Source: Candidatus Sericytochromatia bacterium
Lineage (GTDB): Bacteria > Cyanobacteriota > Sericytochromatia > S15B-MN24 > UBA4093
DNA: 64,000 bases
Direction: 5' to 3'
Assembly (NCBI GenBank): GCA_036676495.1
Contig: JAKFCT010000014.1
Location: 1 to 64,000, forward strand
Shown: positions 1 to 9,471 of the stretch, piece by piece
Numbering within the stretch: the stretch's first letter is position 1
Layout: each line of letters starts with the position of its first letter
Translations under genes and position numbers: made by a program
Notes under the pieces: model-generated
The model's input: only the letters and a program-made list of their open reading frames with translations
What the model was told of the DNA's origin: nothing
Databases searched by the model: none

Positions 1-230
1 TCGACATGGCCGTCGAGCACGGCATCGTCAACAAGTCCGGCTCCTGGTTCTCCTACGGCTCCGACAAGATCGGCCAGGGCCGCGAGGGAGCCAAGGAATA
101 CCTGCGCCAGAACCCCGAGCTCTGCGACGAGGTCGAGCAGCTGGTCCGCACCCGTCTCAGCCTCCTCAGCCAGGAGGCCGCTCCGGAGGCCATGGTCGAG
201 GAGGATGAGGACGACCTGCTCGAGGACTAA
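1..230 (+). CDS. recA: Recombinase RecA, C-terminal fragment (truncated by window edge)
   Basis: GIVNKSGSWFSYGSDKIGQGREGAKEYL is the conserved RecA C-terminal region, followed by an acidic tail. Confidence 0.96.
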   Translation, partial: DMAVEHGIVNKSGSWFSYGSDKIGQGREGAKEYLRQNPELCDEVEQLVRTRLSLLSQEAAPEAMVEEDEDDLLED

Positions 231-237
231 CTCAAAA

Positions 238-301
238 GGGGCTGTCTCAGCATCCTGAGACCGCCCCCGAGAACCATGCGAGCCGGCCCTGGGCCGGCTC
301 G
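238..301. terminator. Two hairpins between convergent recA and amidinotransferase genes
   Basis: GGGGCTGTCTCAG/CTGAGACCGCCCC preceded by AAAA; CGAGCCGGCC/GGCCGGCTCG followed by GTGTTTT. Confidence 0.55.
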
Positions 302-312
302 CGGTGTTTTGG

Positions 313-1224
313 CTAGTAAATCATCATCTTCATGCAGAAGACCGAGCCGCCGGACTTCATGTACTCCGAGGTGTCCACCTCGACCACGTCCAGGCCCGCC
401 GCCCGCAGCCGCGCCACGGTCTCGGTCGCGCCGGGATGCATGACCACGTGGCGGCCGGCCAGCGCCAGCGCGTTGCCCGCGAAGCACGCGAGGGCCTCCG
501 ACTCGGGAATCTCGATCAGGTTGGGGAAGGCGGCCCGCAGCATGGCCATGCCCGTGGCGTCGAAGGCTCCGGGCACGACCATGGCCGTCGTCTCGTTGAC
601 GAGGCTCAGGCAGGTATCCAGGTGGTAGAACTTGTCCGTGACGAGGCGCAGCGCCACCACCGGCACTCCGAGCATCTTGGAGACGACGTCGTAGGTGGAG
701 CGATCGGTGCGGTGGCCGTAGCCGCCCCAGATGAGCTTCTTGCCGGGATGCCAGAGGGCATCTCCCTGCCCTTCGAGCAGCATCTCCGAGTTGGGGAGCG
801 TGAGGATGCGGTAGCCGCGGGCTTCGAACCAAGCGCGGTAGTGAGCGACCTCCTGCTGGCGCGAGGGGTGACGCATGTTGCTCAGCAGGACATACGGCTG
901 GTCATCGGCATCCAGGCCCGGGAGGGTCTGGTTCGCCGCGAAGACCATGTCCTCGCAGCCTTCGGCGCCCGGGATGACTTCCACCGGGAATCCGAGCCGC
1001 TCGAAGGTGGCCTTGAGCGCCTCCCACTGGGCCTTGGCTTTCGGAAGGTCGATGGCGCCCGCGTTGCCCTCCATGTAGGGGTTCTTGACGTCGATCACGC
1101 AGAAGTGATCGGGCGAGCACATGAGCGCCTTGTCGGGCTCACGGCGAGGGGCCAGCGTGGCGAAATCCAGCGCCGAGAGCTGGTCGAGGGAGTCGATGAC
1201 GGTCGGCTTCGAGGTGGTCAGCAA
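313..1224 (-). CDS. Amidinotransferase / dimethylarginine dimethylaminohydrolase family protein
   Basis: Motifs DMVFAAN, EGQGDA, FYHLDT and C-terminal GGSVFCM with catalytic Cys; TTG start after AGGAG. Confidence 0.88.
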   Translation of the reverse strand: MLTTSKPTVIDSLDQLSALDFATLAPRREPDKALMCSPDHFCVIDVKNPYMEGNAGAIDLPKAKAQWEALKATFERLGFPVEVIPGAEGCEDMVFAANQTLPGLDADDQPYVLLSNMRHPSRQQEVAHYRAWFEARGYRILTLPNSEMLLEGQGDALWHPGKKLIWGGYGHRTDRSTYDVVSKMLGVPVVALRLVTDKFYHLDTCLSLVNETTAMVVPGAFDATGMAMLRAAFPNLIEIPESEALACFAGNALALAGRHVVMHPGATETVARLRAAGLDVVEVDTSEYMKSGGSVFCMKMMIY

Positions 1225-1393
1225 TCGAAACTCCTTTTGGTCGGGCCCGAGAGGCCCTGAGCGGAAACATCACGGGTGCGGCGGGCAGCGCTCGCCTGAG
1301 CCGCAACGATCTTACCCGAACTCCCCGACAATGTCAGGCCCTCGGCGGGGTGCCAGGGGCCCCTTGCTCGCCAGCGGCGATCGCCGCGCGGGA

Positions 1394-1672
1394 TCAACCC
1401 TGCGGGGTCTCGCCCCGGTGGGGTTCGCCCCGCTGGGTCTCGCCCCTCTGGGGCTTGCCGGGAGCGTGGGTCGAGACGCCGGTGACATGAAGCTCGTCGC
1501 CCCGGACGTCCAGGCTGACCCAGAGGTCCCGGGCCAGCTTGACGTTTCCGGCTCTCACGCCGTCTTCCTGCGCCATCTCGGTGAGCGCATCGAAGACCTG
1601 GTTGATCTGATCGTCGCTGAGGCTTTCGGTAGCTTTGTCGAAGCCGCTGAAGAAGGTCAAACGGTAGCTCAT
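1394..1672 (-). CDS. Small hypothetical protein (92 aa), possible RelE/ParE-like fold
   Basis: ATG at 1672 with AGGAGG RBS; MSYRLTF...FDKATESL...LHVTGV pattern. Confidence 0.65.
   Translation of the reverse strand: MSYRLTFFSGFDKATESLSDDQINQVFDALTEMAQEDGVRAGNVKLARDLWVSLDVRGDELHVTGVSTHAPGKPQRGETQRGEPHRGETPQG
1399..1455. repeat. Imperfect 15-bp tandem repeat encoding (PQ/TQ/PH)RGE units
   Basis: GKPQRGETQRGEPHRGETPQG tail; recurring CGCCCC every 15 nt on the + strand. Confidence 0.6.
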
Positions 1673-1880
1673 GGCATCCTCCTGGAGGTGACGAAACCGA
1701 TTCAGCATAGCATGGAGTGCCCGTTCCCTCGCTTGATCGGGCCTGGCATTCGCGCTATAACCGAGGAAGGCGTCAGGCCGCACGGCCAAAGGACGTCTAC
1801 GGCCATGCAGGCTCCCGCGCGGGAGCGTCATCGGCGGGGACCGGACCCGGAGCAGCACCGGAACGGATAAGGATGGGGCG

Positions 1881-2189
1881 ATGCGGGGCAGCAGGAAGCG
1901 AGATCAGGGAAGCGTTCGACAGCTCACCGATCCCGTCATTCGCGAGATCCATGCCTTGAACTCCGAAGCCAAGGCGTGCCGGGACTCCTACGTCCGCGAG
2001 CAGATCTACTTCGAGAAGACCAAGCTCCAGAGCCACCTCCTCCGCCAGTGGGGCGAGCATTTCGAGGTCTTCGGGGATCCCGAGTTTCCGGGCACCGTGA
2101 GCCTGACACGCCGGCAGGATGGCCGTGATGCCTGTCATGCCCGGATCTCCGATCTGGATCCGGATGTGCGCGCGGAGTTCCGGCTTTGA
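1881..2189 (+). CDS. Hypothetical protein (weak YkyB-like pattern)
   Basis: GC3-rich ORF whose stop overlaps the next start (TTGA); IHALNSEAK...IYFEK pattern. Confidence 0.65.
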   Translation: MRGSRKRDQGSVRQLTDPVIREIHALNSEAKACRDSYVREQIYFEKTKLQSHLLRQWGEHFEVFGDPEFPGTVSLTRRQDGRDACHARISDLDPDVRAEFRL

Positions 2190-2485
2190 TCCTTTCCGTC
2201 ACGCTCCATGGGAGCCTGTCTTCCCCCTGCCTGGACCTGGACTTCACGTACCGTGGCGAGACCTTCGGCGCGACCCTGGAGGGGGCGGAGGCCCGCGAGG
2301 GGCATTGCGCGTCGCGGCTGCAGCTCATCGATACGGTCGTTCGCAATCCGGACGGCTGGTTCGACGTACCCCTCAGCGATCGCCGGATCGATGAAGCGAC
2401 CGTCCGCAAGGCCCTGGCCCTCATTCTTCACGAGCACTTCGACGACGACCTTGCCGCTTACCACCTCACCATCACGACCGCATAA
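2186..2485 (+). CDS. Hypothetical protein
   Basis: TTG start after GGAG, overlapping the upstream stop; ends 10 nt before rnd. Confidence 0.65.
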   Translation: MILSVTLHGSLSSPCLDLDFTYRGETFGATLEGAEAREGHCASRLQLIDTVVRNPDGWFDVPLSDRRIDEATVRKALALILHEHFDDDLAAYHLTITTA

Positions 2486-2495
2486 AGGAGACGCC

Positions 2496-3107
2496 ATGCC
2501 CGTCCATCTGATCGAAGGGGATCTGTCCCCGGACCTGCTCGAAGCCTACCTGCAGAGCGAGTACCTGGCCATCGACACCGAGACCATGGGCTTGAATCCT
2601 CACCGGGACCGGCTTTGCCTGATCCAGCTCTGCAACGAGCACGATCGGGTCACGGTGATCCGGGTGACCACCCTGCAGATGCCGCGCCTGGTCGAGCTGC
2701 TGCAAGCCGCGCGCCCCATGAAGATCTTCCACTTCGGGCGTTTCGATCTGGCCATGCTCCGGAAGAACCTCGGCGTGCAGATTGAGAGCCTCTACGACAC
2801 CAAGGTCGCGAGCAAGCTGGCGCGAACCTATACCCAGGGCCATGGCCTCAAGGACCTGGTGCGGGATGTCCTGGGCTTCAGCCTCGACAAGAGCGCCCAG
2901 CAGACGGATTGGGGCTCTCCCAACCTGACGAGCCAGCAGCTCGAGTACTCGGCCAACGACGTCCGTTACCTGATCCAGCTCAAGTCGAAGCTGGATGAGA
3001 TGCTGATCCGGGAAGGGCGCATGGATCTGGCTCAGCGCTGCTTCAAGCACCTGCCGACGCAGGCCGAGCTGGACTTGGCGGGCTGGGAAGGGCTTTTCGA
3101 ACACTAA
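2496..3107 (+). CDS. rnd: Ribonuclease D-like 3'-5' exonuclease (short form, no HRDC)
   Basis: AIDTETMGL..RDRLCLIQL, IFHFGRFDL, YSANDV DEDDy motifs; AAGGAG RBS before ATG 2496. Confidence 0.9.
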   Translation: MPVHLIEGDLSPDLLEAYLQSEYLAIDTETMGLNPHRDRLCLIQLCNEHDRVTVIRVTTLQMPRLVELLQAARPMKIFHFGRFDLAMLRKNLGVQIESLYDTKVASKLARTYTQGHGLKDLVRDVLGFSLDKSAQQTDWGSPNLTSQQLEYSANDVRYLIQLKSKLDEMLIREGRMDLAQRCFKHLPTQAELDLAGWEGLFEH

Positions 3108-3207
3108 ACCGGGACTTCGCGCGGCGGCTCTCCAGATGGAGGGCCGCTGTTTCCGTGTCGGTCCCCGGCATCCGGACCGCCGTGCCGCCTGGTTGGTCGT
3201 CGCGGGG

Positions 3208-3711
3208 CTAAAGCCCGTCCCTGGAGGCGCGCAAGAGCGTGTCGTGATCGATCGCGCGGGCGATGACCAAAGTGCATGTGGCTTCGAGCGACCCCAAGGT
3301 CAAGGTCGAGCGCAACAAGCCGTTGGCGTAGCCGGACCAGTCCGGCGCGTCGAGGATGCGCCGGAAGGCGGCGCCGAGGTCGGATTCCTGATAGTCGAGG
3401 AAGTCAGGCACCAGCAGCAGGCCCAGGGAGCCGGGGAAATCGGGCCCGACCTTCAAGGGGGGGACCAGCGAGACGCCGGCGACCCGCGCTTCCGGGAAGA
3501 GCATGCTGAGCGCTTCACGCTGGGCATCGATGGTCTCGGGGCAGGTCGGCTCGGCGGCGGCGGCTAGGAACCGCTCGACCCATGTCACGCGCGCCATGCG
3601 GGAGTGGCTGTCTGGGGAGACCCCGTCCGGGTGGTCGTCGTCTAGGGGAGTGGGCAAAGTCTCGAGCTCCAGCGAGTTGGGCAACCCCATGCTTATACCC
3701 ACGGAATGCAT
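3208..3711 (-). CDS. Hypothetical protein
   Basis: The most protein-like ORF filling the gap between rnd and recQ; start uncertain. Confidence 0.5.
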   Translation of the reverse strand: MHSVGISMGLPNSLELETLPTPLDDDHPDGVSPDSHSRMARVTWVERFLAAAAEPTCPETIDAQREALSMLFPEARVAGVSLVPPLKVGPDFPGSLGLLLVPDFLDYQESDLGAAFRRILDAPDWSGYANGLLRSTLTLGSLEATCTLVIARAIDHDTLLRASRDGL

Positions 3712-3825
3712 GGTTGTTCGCTTTCGCGCGCCCTTGATAAAAGTCTACGTCCCTCGCCTTGCCGCCGGGTCTTCGCGCCGAGTAAACTAGGGTTATGTCA
3801 CCCCATCTTCTCCTGATCCATCCGC

Positions 3826-5970
3826 ATGCCTGAAGCCGCGCTAAGGCGCTATTTTGGCCATTCCGCCTTTCGGGAAGGCCAGCGCCAGGTCGTTCAAGCG
3901 ATCCTCGACGGCAAGGACACCGTTGCCATCATGCCGACCGGGCAAGGCAAATCGGTCTGCTACCAGCTGCCCGCGCTGATGCTGGAGGGGACCACGCTGG
4001 TGGTCAGCCCACTCATCGCCTTGATGAAGGACCAGGTGGACGGCCTGCTCGAACGGGGGATTCCCGCGACCTTCATCAACTCGTCGCTCGACGGCGAGGA
4101 GGCCGAGCATCGCCTGGCACAGCTGGCTGCAGGCGCCTACAAGCTCGTCTACATCGCGCCCGAGCGCTTCCGTAACCGCGCCTTCCTCGCCGCTCTGAAG
4201 GGCGTGACGATCTCGCGCTTCGCGATCGACGAGGCCCACTGCGTCTCGCAGTGGGGGCATGACTTCCGGCCGGATTACCTGCGCCTCAGGGATGCCCTCA
4301 AAATCCTGGGTCGGCCTCCCGTGCTGGCGGCCACCGCGACCGCCACCCCGGAGGTCCGCGAGGACATCGTCAAACAGCTGGGCATCAAGGACCCCGCGGT
4401 CTTCGTCACCGGCTTCGATCGCCCCAATTTGCGCTACGTGGTCCGCCCCGCCAGCGGGGAATCCGCCAAGCTCGCCAAGGTGAGCGAGATCGTCGGCAAC
4501 GTGAAGGGCCCCGGCATCATCTACGCCGCCACCCGCAAATCGGTCGAGACCATCGCCGAGCACCTGGCGTCGGAAGGCATCCCGGTGGCGCCTTACCACG
4601 CCGGCATGGACGACGCCTCCCGCGACGGGGCTCAGGACGCGTTCATGTCGGGGCGGGCGCGCATCGTCGTCGCCACCAACGCCTTCGGCATGGGCGTCGA
4701 CAAGCCGGACGTCCGCCTGGTGCTTCACTACGACTTGCCCGGCACCATCGAGGCCTACTACCAGGAGGCAGGCCGCGCGGGCCGCGACGGCAAGCCTTCG
4801 TATTGCGTCCTCTTGTTCAGCGCCGCCGACCGCTACCTTCAGGAGTTCTTCATCGAGGGATCCAGTCCCGGCCTCGACGTGCTCAAGGGGGTTTACCGCG
4901 TGCTCTGTGACTTCGGGCCCGACGAGTTCGTGACCACCCACGAGGCGATCGCCAAGAAGCTGCCCGGCAAGGTCAACGACATGGCCATCGGCACCTGTCT
5001 CAACCTCTTCGAGCGAGCGGGCGTGATCGAGCGCGCCCCCCGCGGATCCAACCAAGCTTACGTCAGGCGCCTCAACGCCCTGATGCCCCTGGACTCGCGC
5101 GCGAAGATCCAGAAGGCCGTTTACTCGGCCCTCAAGGAAGCCTTCGGCGACCGCCTCGATGAAGGGACCTCCCTGGATCTCAACGCGCTGGTCAACGAGC
5201 TGGGAGTCGCGCGCGACTCCGTGCTGACCGCCTTGCACGGCCTTCACGAGCGCGGCCTCATCGAGTACACTCCCCCGATGCGGGGGCGCGCCATGCGCCT
5301 GCTCAAGCGGGCCGCAGACTTGCCCGACCTCGGGATCGACCTGTCGATGCTGATCAGCAAGCAGGCCCGCGAGCAGGCGAAACTGGACTTCATGGTCAAC
5401 TACGCCCATACCTTGGATTGCCGGCGCCAGTACATCCTCGATTACTTCGGGGAACGGCGCGTCGGAGGCTCTTGCGGCTCGTGCGATCGCTGCCTGGAGT
5501 CCAAACGGCCCGTCAAGACGACTCCCAGGCCCACGACGGCTCCTCCGGAGGCGCGTCCCATCGTCAAGGCGCTGGCGAGTCCGAGCCGCCCCCGGGCCAG
5601 CCGGGAGGAGATGCTCGCCCAGGTGCTTTCGGGCCACCGGGAGGGGCTTGACGTGGCGGCGCTGGCCGAACGGCTCGATCGGTCGCCGACCACCATCGAG
5701 GGCTACGTGATCGATCTGCTCCAGGAGGGCCATATTTTGCGTTCGGAACTGGTGAGCGAGCCGACGGCCGCACGCATCGCGGAGGCCATCGCCCAGGAGG
5801 GCGCGGATCGCTTGCGTCCGCTCAAGGAGGCCCTGGGTGACGCCGTCAGCTACTTCGAGATTCGGGCCTTCCTGGCCTCCGAGAAATCCCTTACCGAGCG
5901 CCCTGCCGCCGGCGAACCGGTCATGAGCGCCCTGAAACAGGGAGTTCCGAGCCTGGGAGGACGCGCATGA
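3826..5970 (+). CDS. recQ: RecQ family ATP-dependent DNA helicase
   Basis: MPTGQGKS, DEAHCVSQWGHDFRP, QEAGRAGRDG, Zn motif CRR...CGSCDRC, C-terminal HTH. Confidence 0.93.
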   Translation: MPEAALRRYFGHSAFREGQRQVVQAILDGKDTVAIMPTGQGKSVCYQLPALMLEGTTLVVSPLIALMKDQVDGLLERGIPATFINSSLDGEEAEHRLAQLAAGAYKLVYIAPERFRNRAFLAALKGVTISRFAIDEAHCVSQWGHDFRPDYLRLRDALKILGRPPVLAATATATPEVREDIVKQLGIKDPAVFVTGFDRPNLRYVVRPASGESAKLAKVSEIVGNVKGPGIIYAATRKSVETIAEHLASEGIPVAPYHAGMDDASRDGAQDAFMSGRARIVVATNAFGMGVDKPDVRLVLHYDLPGTIEAYYQEAGRAGRDGKPSYCVLLFSAADRYLQEFFIEGSSPGLDVLKGVYRVLCDFGPDEFVTTHEAIAKKLPGKVNDMAIGTCLNLFERAGVIERAPRGSNQAYVRRLNALMPLDSRAKIQKAVYSALKEAFGDRLDEGTSLDLNALVNELGVARDSVLTALHGLHERGLIEYTPPMRGRAMRLLKRAADLPDLGIDLSMLISKQAREQAKLDFMVNYAHTLDCRRQYILDYFGERRVGGSCGSCDRCLESKRPVKTTPRPTTAPPEARPIVKALASPSRPRASREEMLAQVLSGHREGLDVAALAERLDRSPTTIEGYVIDLLQEGHILRSELVSEPTAARIAEAIAQEGADRLRPLKEALGDAVSYFEIRAFLASEKSLTERPAAGEPVMSALKQGVPSLGGRA

Positions 5971-7190
5971 CCGCTCGCGCCGAAGCGATCCTCGAGGGGG
6001 CCCTGAAGTTCGGGATTCGCCCCGGGCTCGAAAGGATGCGCGAGATCCTGCGCGAGCTCGGCGAGCCGCAGCGCCGTCTGCGGGTCGTGCACGTCGCCGG
6101 CACCAACGGGAAGGGCTCGACGAGCGCCATGCTGACCTCCGTGCTGCGGGAAGCCGGTTACAAGGTCGCGAGGTATACCTCCCCCCACCTGGTCTCTTAC
6201 CGGGAGCGGTTCTGGCTGGACGGCGCCTTCATCTCCGAGGCGGCTTTCGAGGCCATGCTCCAGCGGGTGGCCTCCGTCGCTTCCGCCGTGGAGGCCCGGC
6301 TTCCGGAGCTGGGGCCTTCCACGGAGTTCGAGCTGCTCACGGCGGCGGCCTTGACCTGGTTTGTCGAGCAAGGAGTCGACCTCGCCGTGATCGAGGTCGG
6401 GCTCGGCGGTCGGCTGGATGCGACCAACTGCTTCGAGGCCCCCGAGGCCACCGTCATCACGGGCATCGATTACGATCATACGGCCATCCTGGGCGAGACC
6501 CTGGAGGCGATCGCCCTCGAAAAGGCCGGCATCCTGAGGCCCGGGGTCCCCCTGATCACCGGAGCCACCGGAGTCGCCCGGGAGGCGATTCTCGAAGCGG
6601 CGCGCGCGCTCGATGCGCCGTGTCGGGTGGTCGAGGGCGAGACCCAGCTGCCCATTGGCCTGGCAGGGCCGTTCCAGCGGCGCAATGCGGCCATGGTGGA
6701 GCAGGTGGTTTCGGCCTTGCGGGTGCGGGGCTGGGAGATTCCCTTCGCGGCCGTGATGCGGGGTCTGGCTTCGGCCCGCTGGCCGGGCCGCATGGAGACC
6801 TGGATGAGTCCATCCGGGGAGAACTGGTTGGCCGACGGGGCGCATAACCCGGGCGGGATCGCGGCCCTTTGCGAGGCCCTGCGCCAAGAGCATCCGGGCG
6901 GCAGATGGACCGTGATCTTCGGGGCCCTGGCCGACCGGGATGCGCGCGGCATGCTGGAGCAACTCTTGCCTTTCGCCCGGACGCTGGTGCTGGTGGCGCC
7001 TCCCAGTCCGCGGGCCATGGCTCCCGAGGAGCTGGCAGAGGGACTGCGTCACCCGGATTGGAAGATCGCGTCGGGCGTGCCGGACGCCGTGGCCGAGGCC
7101 CGCCAGCATGAGGGTCCCTATGCGGTCTTCGGATCGCTGTACCTGGTCGGGGCCGTGAAACAGGTCTTGGGCTGGCTTCCCGCGCCCTGA
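5967..7190 (+). CDS. folC: Folylpolyglutamate / dihydrofolate synthase
   Basis: HVAGTNGKGST, EVGLGGRLDATN, WPGR, DGAHNP, GSLYLVG. Confidence 0.95.
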   Translation: MTARAEAILEGALKFGIRPGLERMREILRELGEPQRRLRVVHVAGTNGKGSTSAMLTSVLREAGYKVARYTSPHLVSYRERFWLDGAFISEAAFEAMLQRVASVASAVEARLPELGPSTEFELLTAAALTWFVEQGVDLAVIEVGLGGRLDATNCFEAPEATVITGIDYDHTAILGETLEAIALEKAGILRPGVPLITGATGVAREAILEAARALDAPCRVVEGETQLPIGLAGPFQRRNAAMVEQVVSALRVRGWEIPFAAVMRGLASARWPGRMETWMSPSGENWLADGAHNPGGIAALCEALRQEHPGGRWTVIFGALADRDARGMLEQLLPFARTLVLVAPPSPRAMAPEELAEGLRHPDWKIASGVPDAVAEARQHEGPYAVFGSLYLVGAVKQVLGWLPAP

Positions 7191-7313
7191 TCCGCTCGCG
7201 CGGGTCTCGGCGGCCCCCGGCGCGGAGGGCGCAAACTCCGGGGCCTCGCGGTCCTGTAGGATGGACGTGGGCACCTGGATGCGTGCCCCGAGTTGGAAGG
7301 AAGAGGGAGTGTG

Positions 7314-8285
7314 ATGACCGTCTTGACGCCGCAGGCCATGCCCAAGGTGGGAGAGCGGATCTCCGAGTACGTGCTGCGGGTTTCGCAGCTGCGCCAGATG
7401 AAGAAGCGAGACGAGGGAGTTTTCTACCTGTTTCGCGGGACCAACGCCCAGACGTCCTTGGGCTGCGTGGTCTGGAACGGCGAGGTCGACTTCCGAAACG
7501 GCGACTACCTCAAGGTCTGGGGAGACGTGAAGCTTCACAAGGAGGCCCCGCAGGTGGTCGTCCACCGCTGGCAGATCCTGCCGCGGGAGGATTTCCCGGC
7601 CGATTCCTTCGTTCCGGCGAGCCAGCGCGACAAGGACGCCATGGTCGCCGAGCTGGGCGAGGTGATCGACTCCGTCGCGTCGACTCCCCTGCGCAGCATG
7701 CTCCGAACCATGCTGCTCGAGGACCCGGAGGTGGCTCCGCGCTACCATCGGGCGCCTGCGGCCAAGAGCCACCACCATCCCTTCCTCTCGGGCCTGCTCG
7801 AGCATAGCTTGACGGTCGTGCGGCGGGCGCTTGGCCTCTGCCTGGCCGAGGAAGCCCATGTCGACCGGGACGTCGTCATCGCGGGGGCCTTGCTTCACGA
7901 TATCGGCAAGATCGAGGAGTACGCGTACGACCAGGATTCGATCGACTTCACGGAGGTCGGCAACCTGATCGGCCACGTGAGCCTGGGCTACCATCTGGTT
8001 CGCCAGGCGATCGCCCGCCAGGGGGACGTGCCGACGGAAACCGCGACCAACCTCCTGCACATCGTCTTGAGCCATCAAGGCCGGCTGGAGTACGGCTCGC
8101 CGGTCGAGCCGAAAACGGCTGAAGCCTTCATCGTTCACCATGCCGACACCGTGGACGCGCATCTCTGGCAGCTGACACGAACGGGCCGGGACTATCCGGA
8201 GCAGCGCCTGGCGTTTTCCAAGAGCCTGAACCGCATGGTGCTTGCCAACCCGCACCTTCCCGGCGCCGAGCCTTATCGCCACTAG
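7314..8285 (+). CDS. yhaM: YhaM/Cbf1-like 3'-5' exoribonuclease (OB fold + HD domain)
   Basis: PAAKSHHH..GLLEHSL, LLHDIGK, SHQG..EYGSP, HHAD; start 7311 (GTG) or 7314. Confidence 0.88.
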   Translation: MTVLTPQAMPKVGERISEYVLRVSQLRQMKKRDEGVFYLFRGTNAQTSLGCVVWNGEVDFRNGDYLKVWGDVKLHKEAPQVVVHRWQILPREDFPADSFVPASQRDKDAMVAELGEVIDSVASTPLRSMLRTMLLEDPEVAPRYHRAPAAKSHHHPFLSGLLEHSLTVVRRALGLCLAEEAHVDRDVVIAGALLHDIGKIEEYAYDQDSIDFTEVGNLIGHVSLGYHLVRQAIARQGDVPTETATNLLHIVLSHQGRLEYGSPVEPKTAEAFIVHHADTVDAHLWQLTRTGRDYPEQRLAFSKSLNRMVLANPHLPGAEPYRH

Positions 8286-8413
8286 AACGCCGCCTTTGGA
8301 ACGCCTGTAACCCGCTCGCTGAGCGGCGGCTCCTGCGGCGAGATAGAAAGCTTGGGCTTCGGTGTACAATATACTGAGCCCACTTCTATTTTTGCCCTGC
8401 CACGGGGGACGGA

Positions 8414-9364
8414 ATGTCTAAGCTAGTCTTATCCGGTGATCTCACGATGTTTCGCGTCGAATTGGTGGTTCGAATCCTCGAAGCCATCAAGTTCGACGGC
8501 GAAGTCGCGATCGAGGCCGCCGAGAAGGGCCAGTTCTCCATCCAGCAAGGCCGCGTGGTCGGCGCCCGGACGCTCACGGAGCAGGGCCTGAAGGCCCTGG
8601 CCTCGGTGGTCTCTCAGCGGAGCGGCACCTTCTCGGTGCGCACCCAGACCGCCGACGAGATCTATCGCAACCAGGAGTTGCTGACGATCCCCGATAACGC
8701 GACGATCTTCCGCCAGGTTCATGCCTTGCTGGGCCAGGGGCAGTTTGCCCAGCAGGCCGCCGCGGCGCGACCTCCGGCCCAGCAGATGACCGTTCCTCAG
8801 GCGCGGGCGGGCGCTCCGGTGCCTGCCACGGGCCCCATGCAGCCGGCGACGCCCGCGAAGCAAACCATCGTCCGGCGCGCTCAGGGTTCTGGCCCGTTGG
8901 CGCGGGTTCCCGAGGTGACGGACAAGGGCAAGATCGTCTTGCGCTCGCTGCAGACCAACTACGCCTTGCGCGGAGTCCAGGTGGATGCGGATACCTGGAA
9001 GTTGCTGGCCAAGATCGACGGCCAGGCCTCCCTGTATCAGCTGGGGGAAATGGTCGGCTTGCTTGGCGAGCGCCTGGTGGCGGCCGTCGAAGAGCTCCAG
9101 CGCGAGGGGCATATCCGCTTCCAGTCGCATGATCCCAATCTCGAGCAGTTCAAGAACACCCAGTCCAAGTTCCGCTTCGGCGAGTACATGGTGGCCAAGG
9201 GCGTGATCACCGAGATCCAGCTCGATGCCGCCCTCAAGCGCCAGCAGGAGCTCGCGCGCCGCGGGCGCTACATGTGGCTGGGCGAGATCCTGGTCGAGCT
9301 CAACTACGCGCGGCCGAGCCAGGTGCAAGAAGCGCTGGCCCTGCAGAAGCGCCAAAACGCCTAA
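8414..9364 (+). CDS. DUF4388 (PATAN-like) domain protein with C-terminal MshEN-type domain
   Basis: N-terminal LSGDL...G...[13 protein letters not shown]...GTF; C-terminal [24 protein letters not shown]...[10 protein letters not shown]. Confidence 0.75.
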   Translation: MSKLVLSGDLTMFRVELVVRILEAIKFDGEVAIEAAEKGQFSIQQGRVVGARTLTEQGLKALASVVSQRSGTFSVRTQTADEIYRNQELLTIPDNATIFRQVHALLGQGQFAQQAAAARPPAQQMTVPQARAGAPVPATGPMQPATPAKQTIVRRAQGSGPLARVPEVTDKGKIVLRSLQTNYALRGVQVDADTWKLLAKIDGQASLYQLGEMVGLLGERLVAAVEELQREGHIRFQSHDPNLEQFKNTQSKFRFGEYMVAKGVITEIQLDAALKRQQELARRGRYMWLGEILVELNYARPSQVQEALALQKRQNA

Positions 9365-9471
9365 CGCCTTCAAGAAATGGCCGTGGCTCTAGCGCCCGCG
9401 GCACGTCGAAAGGTACAATGGAGGGCCCGGAGCAGGTTTCCGGGCTCTTTTCTTTTTTTCCGGAGGACGTC

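Noticed and set aside
1225-1320. Guanidine riboswitch upstream of the amidinotransferase-family gene
   Set aside because: No ACGA/ACGG twin hairpins or other ykkC-class consensus seen
1399-1455. Short repeats as a CRISPR remnant
   Set aside because: 15-bp period without spacers, in frame within a coding tail; no cas genes
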